Counted from the stretch's first letter, positions 1 to 7,262 are shown. The stretch is DNA of 20,000 nt from an uncultured virus (IMG/VR IMGVR_UViG_3300028586_000021) (IMGVR_UViG_3300028586_000021:55697-75696), one strand, 5' to 3'. A program made the numbers and translations. Notes: generated from the sequence alone by a model not told the origin.

Positions 1-2
1 TC

Positions 3-581
3 CTAGCAGAATGCGTCGAAGAAATCAAGAAGCCAGATGAACTATTCGGTCGTGACGTTGATGCGCTAATGTGCTTCCTACGTGTGGTTACCTATGGTCC
101 AGAGTTCCGCATCGAAGCAGACCATGGCTGCCAACCAGATTCAAGCGTGCATGGCTATGTGATCGACATCGAAGGCATCATCAACGCTATTCGTCAACTC
201 GACCCAACCACTATCGGACAGCGCTATGCGGTCAATCTGCCAAATGGTCAGGTCGTAACGCTAGACCCAATTCGCTTCAAGACCGTCGTGGAATTGATGC
301 AAGCAAATAACAAGGACCTACCTACTGCTGAAGACATTCAGCGTAACATGATCCAGAACTTGCTGAACATGATCGCTGACATCGATGGCATCACCGATAA
401 GGCAATGATTCAGGAATGGATCGTCAGCGCTCCAGCGCCATACATTGGCGCTATCGCTAATGCATTGGATACCTCAAATGAATGGGGTCCTAAGTTTGAA
501 CAAGAAGTCGTGTGCCGTGATTGCGGCCAAAAGATGATTGTTGAACTGCCACTTAATCCAGTAAATTTTTTTTCAGGATAA
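3..581 (+). CDS. T4 gp26-like baseplate hub / tail assembly protein, 5'-truncated by the window edge
   Basis: The frame of ORF 69..581 is open back to base 3 (LAECVEEIKKPDELFGRDVDALMCFLRVVTYG), which resembles the gp26-family 'DxxxLLxxIRxxSYG' segment. It has a C-terminal CRDC and ends in PVNFFSG*. Confidence 0.75.
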   Translation, partial: LAECVEEIKKPDELFGRDVDALMCFLRVVTYGPEFRIEADHGCQPDSSVHGYVIDIEGIINAIRQLDPTTIGQRYAVNLPNGQVVTLDPIRFKTVVELMQANNKDLPTAEDIQRNMIQNLLNMIADIDGITDKAMIQEWIVSAPAPYIGAIANALDTSNEWGPKFEQEVVCRDCGQKMIVELPLNPVNFFSG

Positions 582-808
582 TTAAAGGCGGGAATGGTGA
601 GCAAATCGGTTCCTATATTGCTCAATTGGGAAGCGAGACACGAGCCATTCTCCGTTCAGCAACCGAATTGGTGTACTACATGCGAGGTGGCTTGTCATAT
701 ACCGAGGTGATGGCTATGAGTGCAGGTGAGCGAGAGGTAGTTGCTTCATTCATCAATAAGGCAATGAAGAACGCGAAAGATGACCCACGCACTGTGATCA
801 TGCTTTAA
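557..808 (+). CDS. gp51-like baseplate/tail assembly chaperone frame, probably translated as a -1 frameshift extension of the upstream gene
   Basis: This frame is open from 557 (after TAA 554-556) to TAA 806-808. 'GGLSYTEVMAMSAGEREVVASFI' resembles the gp51-type 'SLxEIENMxPWERxIY' motif. The TTG start at 626 has no Shine-Dalgarno. Confidence 0.65.
   Translation, partial: SSKFFFRIIKGGNGEQIGSYIAQLGSETRAILRSATELVYYMRGGLSYTEVMAMSAGEREVVASFINKAMKNAKDDPRTVIML
563..573 (+). promoter_or_regulatory. Putative -1 programmed ribosomal frameshift site (A AAT TTT and T TTT TTT)
   Basis: In-frame GTA AAT TTT TTT TCA GGA TAA contains two overlapping X XXY YYZ heptamers (563-569 and 566-572) just before the stop. 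The -1 frame is open to 808. Confidence 0.7.
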
Positions 809-814
809 TTATCC

Positions 815-1522
815 AAACGCACAGACGTGTAGATCAGCTCGCTGATAGCACGTCTTTTGTTCGCCAGAACAAATACCAAAAATCCGATAGTGGCTCTCGC
901 ATAAACTCCTATGTCATATAAGAGCTCTTACTAGGCCTTCTATCGGATTTGTCTCATGATGCATATCTCTGAACGACTCGCTGTCGCTCGTCAGAAGAGG
1001 TAATTGCTGTCGCACTTCCCTCTTCTTTATTTCCCTATCGGGCTAGTTCTACTACCTATTGGTAGGGTATTCCTCGATCCTCGGGATACTATAGCGCTAT
1101 TCAGCGCCAACCCCAAAAGTCTCAGCATCAGAAACTCTTGTTTTGGTTTCACTCTTCAGGATCAAATGTCGATCCAACCTGCCCAGGTACTGCTTTACCA
1201 GGAATTCGAGTGTGTTTGCGGATACAGTGACGCATACCAAGTAGGACTATTAACCAAACAATTCGTCCTACTTCCGTTATCAATCTTGTGATAACATCTG
1301 GGGAATTTATAAGCTTGAAGTCGTAAAATGCTTTTACGCTAGATAGTTTATAAAACCGAGCGGTCGCCATATGGACATTTGGGCGACTCTTCAAAACGAC
1401 GATTATGGTTCCTCTCGCGTTCTCGGGTTTGTTTATGGATTAGCAGCTCATATCCTGCACACCAACGGGCTGGTTAACGATTCACAGACCCCGAATAAAT
1501 TTCTGACGTATGAGTGTAAACG
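815..1522. ncRNA. Long, densely structured non-coding element (candidate large ncRNA or single-stranded DNA structure/origin)
   Basis: About 750 nt between convergent genes with no credible ORF. At least 14 stems can be read by eye, e.g. 880-890/940-950, 993-1000/1019-1026, 1239-1247/1265-1273, 1306-1315/1345-1354 and 1363-1368/1382-1387. Confidence 0.55.
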
Positions 1523-1555
1523 AAAAAAGCGCACGACATTATATCGTGCGCTTTT
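1523..1555. terminator. Bidirectional intrinsic terminator
   Basis: AAAAAA-GCGCACGA-cattata-TCGTGCGC-TTTT. It gives a U6 tail on the minus strand right after the stop of ORF 1807..1562 and a U4 tail on the plus strand. Confidence 0.85.
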
Positions 1556-1561
1556 GGGCAA

Positions 1562-1807
1562 TTACATGCCTTGTTTGCGAGCTGCCTTCTTCAACTGCTT
1601 GTAAACACCGCGTGCCGAATTCGGATTCACCATCAGGGTGCCTGGTAGGTACTTGATCTGTGGTGGGTTCTCGAGCACGCCTTCCTTAGCTTCAGGAGCA
1701 GCTTCAATGACGAAGCGCTTCGAGTTGCCTAGGTACTTGGTGCTGAATGCTTCGGTTGCCATGGTGGCAGCTAGTTTACGTAGTTTCTTTGCGGTTTTGG
1801 AGTTCAT
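1562..1807 (-). CDS. Small basic hypothetical phage protein (81 aa)
   Basis: ATG start and TAA stop followed immediately by a terminator. It has 16 K/R versus 5 acidic residues, with basic helical ends (MNSKTAKKLRK ... ARGVYKQLKKAARK). Confidence 0.8.
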   Translation of the reverse strand: MNSKTAKKLRKLAATMATEAFSTKYLGNSKRFVIEAAPEAKEGVLENPPQIKYLPGTLMVNPNSARGVYKQLKKAARKQGM

Positions 1808-1923
1808 TTGAAAAGGTCTCTTTGTTATTTTTATATGTGAGTATGGGCGAATACATTTGCGTACTCAACCCCATGAAACGAACCACAGACATTGCATCTT
1901 GATTCTTTGTTTCATGGTGATGA

Positions 1924-1945
1924 ATTATACACCGCTTTCCGTCAA
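1924..1945 (-). promoter_or_regulatory. Possible promoter for the small basic gene (TATAAT box with non-canonical upstream TTGACG)
   Basis: The minus strand reads TTGACG-N10-TATAAT. The -10 hexamer is perfect but the spacer is too short for a standard sigma70 promoter. Confidence 0.35.
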
Positions 1946-1953
1946 GGGACGAT

Positions 1954-2487
1954 TTATTTCATCCAAAAATCTGCGTGTTTGATTAGGTCCTCAAAGTGGC
2001 AGACTTTGATCCCTTCCAAGATCGTAATGTGCTTCACATCCTCTGGTAGGACGATGTCAGGCTCAACAGCAGCGTAGATAGGAGTGTTGTTGAATTTGAA
2101 GATAAGGATACCACGCTTATCCACTTTAGCAGCATCTGTCGCCGCCTCTCGCATCCAGGAGTAGATGTGTGACGTACCAAACAGAGCTTCCATACGTTCG
2201 GCTTCTTTGTAGAACTTGCACTCAACGACGAAGTTGAATCGTGGATTACCATCAACACACTCGTTGGTTGGTACAACGTCTCCGGTGAACAGAGCGAGAG
2301 TGAGCTTGCTATAGTCGCCCGCTGTTTTCGCATTCATCCCGCCGACGATTGCGCCTGACATTTGACTCTTCTTGAATTTGAGTGGTGCTAGAGCTGCGGT
2401 TAGAATCTTGCTAACCTTCAGTTCAAATGCACCACCCTTTGCTTTGCCGTTAACCTTCTTCTTTACGGTCTTCTTTTCTTCGGTCAT
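1954..2487 (-). CDS. Holliday junction resolvase (Hjc-like PD-(D/E)xK nuclease)
   Basis: Motifs KAKGGAFELKV, GDVV and VVECKFY, located downstream of gp46/gp47. Confidence 0.8.
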   Translation of the reverse strand: MTEEKKTVKKKVNGKAKGGAFELKVSKILTAALAPLKFKKSQMSGAIVGGMNAKTAGDYSKLTLALFTGDVVPTNECVDGNPRFNFVVECKFYKEAERMEALFGTSHIYSWMREAATDAAKVDKRGILIFKFNNTPIYAAVEPDIVLPEDVKHITILEGIKVCHFEDLIKHADFWMK

Positions 2488-2941
2488 GATCCTTCAGTTC
2501 CTGACAATACTCTTGTACTATCACGATTTCAGGAAGAGCAACACTGATGTCCTTCAAAATGCTCACGTCGTAATCACCAATGTCATACGAGAGAGTAATG
2601 TGAGGAATGTAGGTTGGGAAGTCGTGTGAAGCGCCCTCCCAATTCCTTAGAAAATTATGTCGTCCAATTGCTTCTGGACAATCAATCTTTAGGACCAAAC
2701 AGTTCGTGCCACTCTTAGTGCTGAATACGTCAAAGCCAATAGGCCTTGCAATCCAACCAGGAGTAATGTCACGCTGCTTTGGTACATTGGGTAGGTGTTT
2801 GCGGCTATACGCGATTGTGCTGTGATACTCGGCTTGATCAATCAGGTTTGGAACCGCATTAGCAACTCCAAACCCAACCAACTTAGCAACGGTCTCTTCA
2901 TGAAATCTAACAGCGACAAAAGTTCCGTTGTTATGTTTCAT
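2450..2941 (-). CDS. acb1: 2H phosphoesterase, T4 gp57B / anti-CBASS nuclease Acb1-like
   Basis: Two HxT motifs in gp57B-like contexts (YHSTIAYSR and HDFPTYIPHITLSYD), 163 aa, N-terminal GTFVAVRF. Confidence 0.75.
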   Translation of the reverse strand: MKHNNGTFVAVRFHEETVAKLVGFGVANAVPNLIDQAEYHSTIAYSRKHLPNVPKQRDITPGWIARPIGFDVFSTKSGTNCLVLKIDCPEAIGRHNFLRNWEGASHDFPTYIPHITLSYDIGDYDVSILKDISVALPEIVIVQEYCQELKDHDRRKEDRKEEG

Positions 2942-2943
2942 GG

Positions 2944-2951
2944 TATTTATA
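2944..2951 (-). promoter_or_regulatory. T4-type late promoter consensus overlapping the gp46 stop codon
   Basis: Perfect TATAAATA on the minus strand, 2 nt before the acb1-like ATG. Confidence 0.45.
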
Positions 2952-4692
2952 CAACCTCAATTCGATCAATTGCGCTGAATCCATTCTCGAAGCGAACAGT
3001 CATCTCACGATCAAAACGACCAATACACTCTGGACGGTGACTGATCACCCAAATGCCTAGGTTGTTTTCTTGTGAGGCCTTCAACTTCACCGAACGAATA
3101 ATAGCTTCGACGCCAGGAGCATCCATCGCACCAGCATCCACCTCATCGACGACCAGAATGTTCACACCAGTATGTAGGTGCTGAAGCATGTCGCGGAACG
3201 CCATGGACAGGGCTAAGTTCAGGCGCTTCTTCTCGCCACCCGATAGATTACCGTAGTCCAACTCACGACCGAACTCTGAGATGGTGCAGGACATGTCAGG
3301 ATTGAACGTGACCATATGAGTCAAGCCCAATGTCTTAGCATGGTAGTGAATCTGCTTATTCAGGAACGGAACAGACTTATTGATGATCTTCTTACGAATG
3401 AACGAATTCTTATCGACCAACAGTTTGAGCAAGAACTTCTGATGCTCAAGGTCCGACTTCATCTGATCAAGCTTCGAGTAATCGACAACCACTTCAGCTT
3501 CGTTGAGCAACTGCTCAAACGCTTCCAAGTGTGGGTTAGTACTTGACTCAACGCCCTTGATTTGAACTTGAACACCCGCTGCGTTTGCCTTGTCGTTGAG
3601 CAAAGCATTCATATTGGGGTAAATCAATTGGCGAGCAATTTCAGCGCGTTGCGATTCTGCCTCATCAAATTTCGTTTGATTCTCATCGCGAATCACTTGG
3701 AACTCTGCAACCTCATTCGTCAGCGAGGTGACTTGGGATTCGAGTTCTTCAATCTTCGCTTGAGTGTCGTTGAACTTCTGTAGGCAGTATGGGCACTTTG
3801 CGTCACGAAGATGAACTAACTCTTCAGTGGCCTTTTTGATCTTCGATTCACGAGCTTTGATCTGAGTATTTGACTCAGTGACCATAGCACGATAATCGCG
3901 TTGCACTGCAACGATATGATCATTCTGGCGATGCAACTCTTCTTGGGCATCAAAGTCAATAGCGGAAATCTTTTCAGCATGAGCCTTCAACGTCGCAATG
4001 CGAGTTTCCTTATCGGTCTCCCACTTGAGAATACGAGCTTCAGCATCCTTGATATGTTTCGCATGGAGTGCTTTAGCTTTCTCCTGTTGCTCACATAACG
4101 TTTGCTGAACTGCAATGTCCTTCTCAAGGTTCTGATTCATCTGCTTGAGGTTGACTGCCTTCTCCGACAGCTTCGTGATCTTGAACATCTCTTCGATGAT
4201 CGTACGCTGTTGCGCAAGCGACATATCGAAGAACGGTTGATCACCGCCAAGGAAGACAACGGTACGTCGGAACAATTCGAAGCTGATGCCAATGATTTCG
4301 ACGAGGGCCTTGTTGACGTTTTCGATCGAGTCAGGAGTCTTGTCCTCACCATTGATCAGCAACTTGGTTTCGTAGTCGGCACCGCGTGAGCGAATGATCT
4401 TGTAATCGATGCCATTGACCTCGAAGGTCAATGTCACGACCATGCTCGTGTTCTTCGCGTTATTCGTGGTATTGATCAAACGTTCCTTACTGATTTTCTC
4501 AAGTGGAACGTTGTAGAGTGCGTAGCAGATTGCGTTCGCGATTGTGGTCTTACCCACACCGTTAGCACCACCTTTGTCGATGTTCTCGCCAAGGATAAGT
4601 GTGGTGCCAACTGCTGAAAGGTCCACGACTTCAGTTTTGTTACCGAAGCCGAGGAAGTTTCTAATGGTTAATTCTTTTAGTTTTAGTGACAT
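2947..4692 (-). CDS. gp46 / SbcC / Rad50-like recombination ATPase
   Basis: Walker A GANGVGKTT, coiled coil with zinc hook CPYC, signature LSGGEK, Walker B ILVVDEVD, H-loop ISH. Confidence 0.95.
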   Translation of the reverse strand: MSLKLKELTIRNFLGFGNKTEVVDLSAVGTTLILGENIDKGGANGVGKTTIANAICYALYNVPLEKISKERLINTTNNAKNTSMVVTLTFEVNGIDYKIIRSRGADYETKLLINGEDKTPDSIENVNKALVEIIGISFELFRRTVVFLGGDQPFFDMSLAQQRTIIEEMFKITKLSEKAVNLKQMNQNLEKDIAVQQTLCEQQEKAKALHAKHIKDAEARILKWETDKETRIATLKAHAEKISAIDFDAQEELHRQNDHIVAVQRDYRAMVTESNTQIKARESKIKKATEELVHLRDAKCPYCLQKFNDTQAKIEELESQVTSLTNEVAEFQVIRDENQTKFDEAESQRAEIARQLIYPNMNALLNDKANAAGVQVQIKGVESSTNPHLEAFEQLLNEAEVVVDYSKLDQMKSDLEHQKFLLKLLVDKNSFIRKKIINKSVPFLNKQIHYHAKTLGLTHMVTFNPDMSCTISEFGRELDYGNLSGGEKKRLNLALSMAFRDMLQHLHTGVNILVVDEVDAGAMDAPGVEAIIRSVKLKASQENNLGIWVISHRPECIGRFDREMTVRFENGFSAIDRIEVV

Positions 4693-5729
4693 TAGAGTTG
4701 TTTGTAAAGTTCGACTAGTTTGTTGTTATCTATCGACTTAATTTCCGATAGATCGAGCAGCGAGGCCACGACAATTTCATCGATCGATTTCGACTCATTG
4801 ACTTCAGCATCAGACACCGTATTTTCAAGGGCGTCTTTCTTCTCCGCATAGTTCTCTTCTAGTTTGAACTCACGAAACTTATACGTATCCTTCAATGTCT
4901 CCTTGATGACTTGAGCTTCTGAGTAGCTGATCTCGATATCGTTGACACAAACAACGCGCATACGTTCGCTTGGTGGCAATTGCCATTCGTCGGATAGAGC
5001 TTTACTCAACGTGGTTTTTAGGTACGTTGGGCCATCAGTCCAATCTTTGAAGTCGACAGTGTCGGTATCATGATCATAGATCATCATGCCGCGAGCAGTA
5101 TCACCAGCGTCACCAAAGTCCATAGGGAACGTATTGCCGATGTAGACAATATTGTCTTGGGCTTGGCGCTTATGGAAGTGACCAGAGAAAATCTGCTTTT
5201 GATTCTTGAAGAGCTTATGGTCGGGACCATGCTCGAGAACCATGTTGTAGCCAGTGATCATGAAGCCACGGAATTCAAAGTGGCCTGCAAATACGGGGAT
5301 GTTGCTGTACTTCGCTAGACCCGCATATTCGTGTGGGAAGAGGAACGGCGAGAACATAATCTTGTCCTCAACGACAATCGGCTCACTGACCAAATTGATG
5401 TTGGTGAATTCACCAAACACTTCGGTGGAGAAGATTTCACGAGTTGAACGTCGGTGTAGATCGTGGTTGCCGACTACGAAATAAATCGGCAGACCTAGTG
5501 AGTTCAGACTACGTAGGGCCTTATAGGCCATCGTGAGGGTGAGGATGTTGATTTGTGCACGATTTTCAAAGAAGTCGCCTAGGAAAGCAACGTACGTAAT
5601 GGACGGGTCCTTACGTACTTGCTCACAAAACCATTCGATGAAATCGACACAATCCTGATTATGTACAACGTCGGAGTTCCTACGACCGAAGTGAATATCG
5701 GTGAAGTACGCACCTTTTTTGATAGTCAT
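4692..5729 (-). CDS. gp47 / SbcD / Mre11-like nuclease
   Basis: Metallophosphoesterase motifs TDIHFG, GDFFE, GNHD, GHFE and SGHFH. Its stop overlaps the gp46 start (TAATG). Confidence 0.95.
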   Translation of the reverse strand: MTIKKGAYFTDIHFGRRNSDVVHNQDCVDFIEWFCEQVRKDPSITYVAFLGDFFENRAQINILTLTMAYKALRSLNSLGLPIYFVVGNHDLHRRSTREIFSTEVFGEFTNINLVSEPIVVEDKIMFSPFLFPHEYAGLAKYSNIPVFAGHFEFRGFMITGYNMVLEHGPDHKLFKNQKQIFSGHFHKRQAQDNIVYIGNTFPMDFGDAGDTARGMMIYDHDTDTVDFKDWTDGPTYLKTTLSKALSDEWQLPPSERMRVVCVNDIEISYSEAQVIKETLKDTYKFREFKLEENYAEKKDALENTVSDAEVNESKSIDEIVVASLLDLSEIKSIDNNKLVELYKQL

Positions 5730-5754
5730 TATTGTGCGTTACCTAAGTTGTGTT

Positions 5755-6456
5755 TTAGAAAGTTAGAAGCGAATTAACGATCTTCTCTTTCTTTTCTTTT
5801 TGCTCTTGACGCTTCGATTTCTTTAGCTTGGCTTCATCCACTTTCTTTTTGTATGGATTTGATTCTGGTACACGACCAGAATCGCCAGCTGAAGAGTAGT
5901 TGATGTCATCCGAATTACGATTGGATTCCATGAACGAGTACGAAGCATCTTGGCCAGCTTCAGTTAGCAATGTATCGCGAATGAAGCGTTCCTTCTTCTC
6001 GTCCAACATGTACTGCAAGAAAGAATTCTTAATTGAAGTAGTGTAGAACGCGAACGGGTTCGATGATTTTTCTGGATTGAACTTGAGAGCGTTTTGGACT
6101 AGGTTAACCAGCGCAGCTGATACCATGTCCTCGCGGAAGGAGTAACCGTTGAAATTTGCTTTACGCGAATAACGATCGGTAAGCAACATTAGCATGCGTG
6201 CTAATTTGTCGGTCATTTTACCACGCTCTTTTGCTTCAAGGACGGCAGGGAGCAGGTCAGCGTTCGTTAAATAATATTTCGGAACACGTTTCTTAGGCAT
6301 GATGAATGCGGGAACTTCCGCTTCGCCAAAGAGTTGTTCAGGAGAAGTGATGTCCGGAAAAGTGACTGGGCCTGATTTACCGGTTGAGCGTGGTGCAGGA
6401 GTTACATCGAACTCTGCTGGGATAGTAGTGATTGGAGTGAATGCTTCTTTAGACAT
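5755..6456 (-). CDS. gp55-like late transcription sigma factor
   Basis: Motifs YYLTNADLL, NFNGYSFREDMVS and KFNPEKSSNPFAFYTT, in the gene order 55-47-46. It has a Pro-rich ~50 aa N-terminal extension and ends in SLLTF. Confidence 0.9.
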   Translation of the reverse strand: MSKEAFTPITTIPAEFDVTPAPRSTGKSGPVTFPDITSPEQLFGEAEVPAFIMPKKRVPKYYLTNADLLPAVLEAKERGKMTDKLARMLMLLTDRYSRKANFNGYSFREDMVSAALVNLVQNALKFNPEKSSNPFAFYTTSIKNSFLQYMLDEKKERFIRDTLLTEAGQDASYSFMESNRNSDDINYSSAGDSGRVPESNPYKKKVDEAKLKKSKRQEQKEKKEKIVNSLLTF

Positions 6457-6572
6457 GATGGGATTTAATCCTCTTATTATGTTAGAGATTATACTTCAAG
6501 GTGCAACGAAGCAGTCGTCCTTGCAGCTGTAAAACTGCGACGACAGGTACAAAAATTGCAATTAGAAAAATC

Positions 6573-6589
6573 AATAAATAATATTTATA
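6573..6589. promoter_or_regulatory. Palindromic bidirectional late promoter pair
   Basis: AATAAATA (+, 6573-6580) and TATAAATA (-, 6589-6582) form ATAAATA-A-TATTTAT between divergent genes. Confidence 0.65.
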
Positions 6590-6605
6590 GCCCTGAGAAT
6601 CTCAC

Positions 6606-7262
6606 ATGCCAGTCAAGATCATCCTAGAAAAACGAGGTAAAGAAATTCCTCCCAAACAAAATAAGACCGCTGTTATCGTAGTTGGTCGTTTCCAACCACC
6701 TACACTCGGCCACGCAACACTAATCAATGCGGCCAAGAAGGCGTGGCGCGATGGTAAGTATGACGCTGTCATCGTTTTCATCGTTGCTGGTAAAGAATCG
6801 AGCAAGGATAAAAAGCGCAACCCGCTATCCGGTGAATCACGTCAGTACTACCTCGAACACTCATCATACAGCAAAGGCCTACGCTTCGCGGTTGTTGGCA
6901 GCGCATTTGACGCATTTATCAAGTGTCGCGAACTCGGCTACGAGCCAATGGCGGTTGTCGGTGGCAAGTTCGTTGAAGGTGAGAAAGAAGAAAATCGTGC
7001 TGAAGGCTACAAAAATCTTCTAGACAAATACTTCAAAGACGAGAACGACGAACCAATCGAACACAAAGCAATCGTTTTGGAACGCAATCAACACTCTGAT
7101 GGTGTTGCTGGCATTAGTGGCTCCACCGTTCGCGCTGCGGTCCTAGCCGACCGTTACGACGACTTCAGAGACATGGTTGCTGTAACGTCAGAAAAAGTTG
7201 CCAAGAAGATGTACGCTGAACTGAAGGACGCACTCACTAAGAAGGAAGAGAAGGAAGAATAA
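6606..7262 (+). CDS. HxGH-superfamily nucleotidyltransferase (phage cytidyltransferase / NMNAT-like)
   Basis: GRFQPPTLGH signature, KRNPLS, and C-terminal GISGSTVR (SxSxxR motif). Confidence 0.85.
   Translation: MPVKIILEKRGKEIPPKQNKTAVIVVGRFQPPTLGHATLINAAKKAWRDGKYDAVIVFIVAGKESSKDKKRNPLSGESRQYYLEHSSYSKGLRFAVVGSAFDAFIKCRELGYEPMAVVGGKFVEGEKEENRAEGYKNLLDKYFKDENDEPIEHKAIVLERNQHSDGVAGISGSTVRAAVLADRYDDFRDMVAVTSEKVAKKMYAELKDALTKKEEKEE

Noticed and set aside
626..628. TTG at 626 as an independent start of the gp51-like ORF
   Set aside because: It has no SD and the frame is open back through the slippery site, so frameshift entry is the simpler explanation.
960..976. Minus-strand GTTCAGAGATA resembling the group I intron R element
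   Set aside because: I found no matching S element/P7 partner or P/Q elements, and no interrupted gene flanks the region.
1120..1155. Minus-strand GAAAC...GTTTC-TGATG suggesting a hammerhead ribozyme
   Set aside because: The core reads CUGAUGC rather than CUGANGA, and the stem order does not fit.
809..1555. CRISPR array, tRNA cluster, tmRNA or retron ncRNA as explanation of the gap
   Set aside because: There are no regularly spaced direct repeats, no cloverleaf or CCA-type ends that I could find, and no reverse transcriptase in the window.
1538..1561. Minus-strand TATAAT in the terminator loop with TTGCCC 12 nt upstream, as a promoter for the structured element
   Set aside because: The spacing is non-canonical and inconsistent with the other TTG-N-TATAAT cases (10 and 7 nt). 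It cannot be supported without TSS data.
1004..1604. ORFs 1004..1291 (+), 1149..1394 (-) and 1371..1604 (+) in the structured gap
   Set aside because: They have weak or TTG starts without a clear SD, atypical composition, and overlap each other. One runs through the terminator into the opposite gene.
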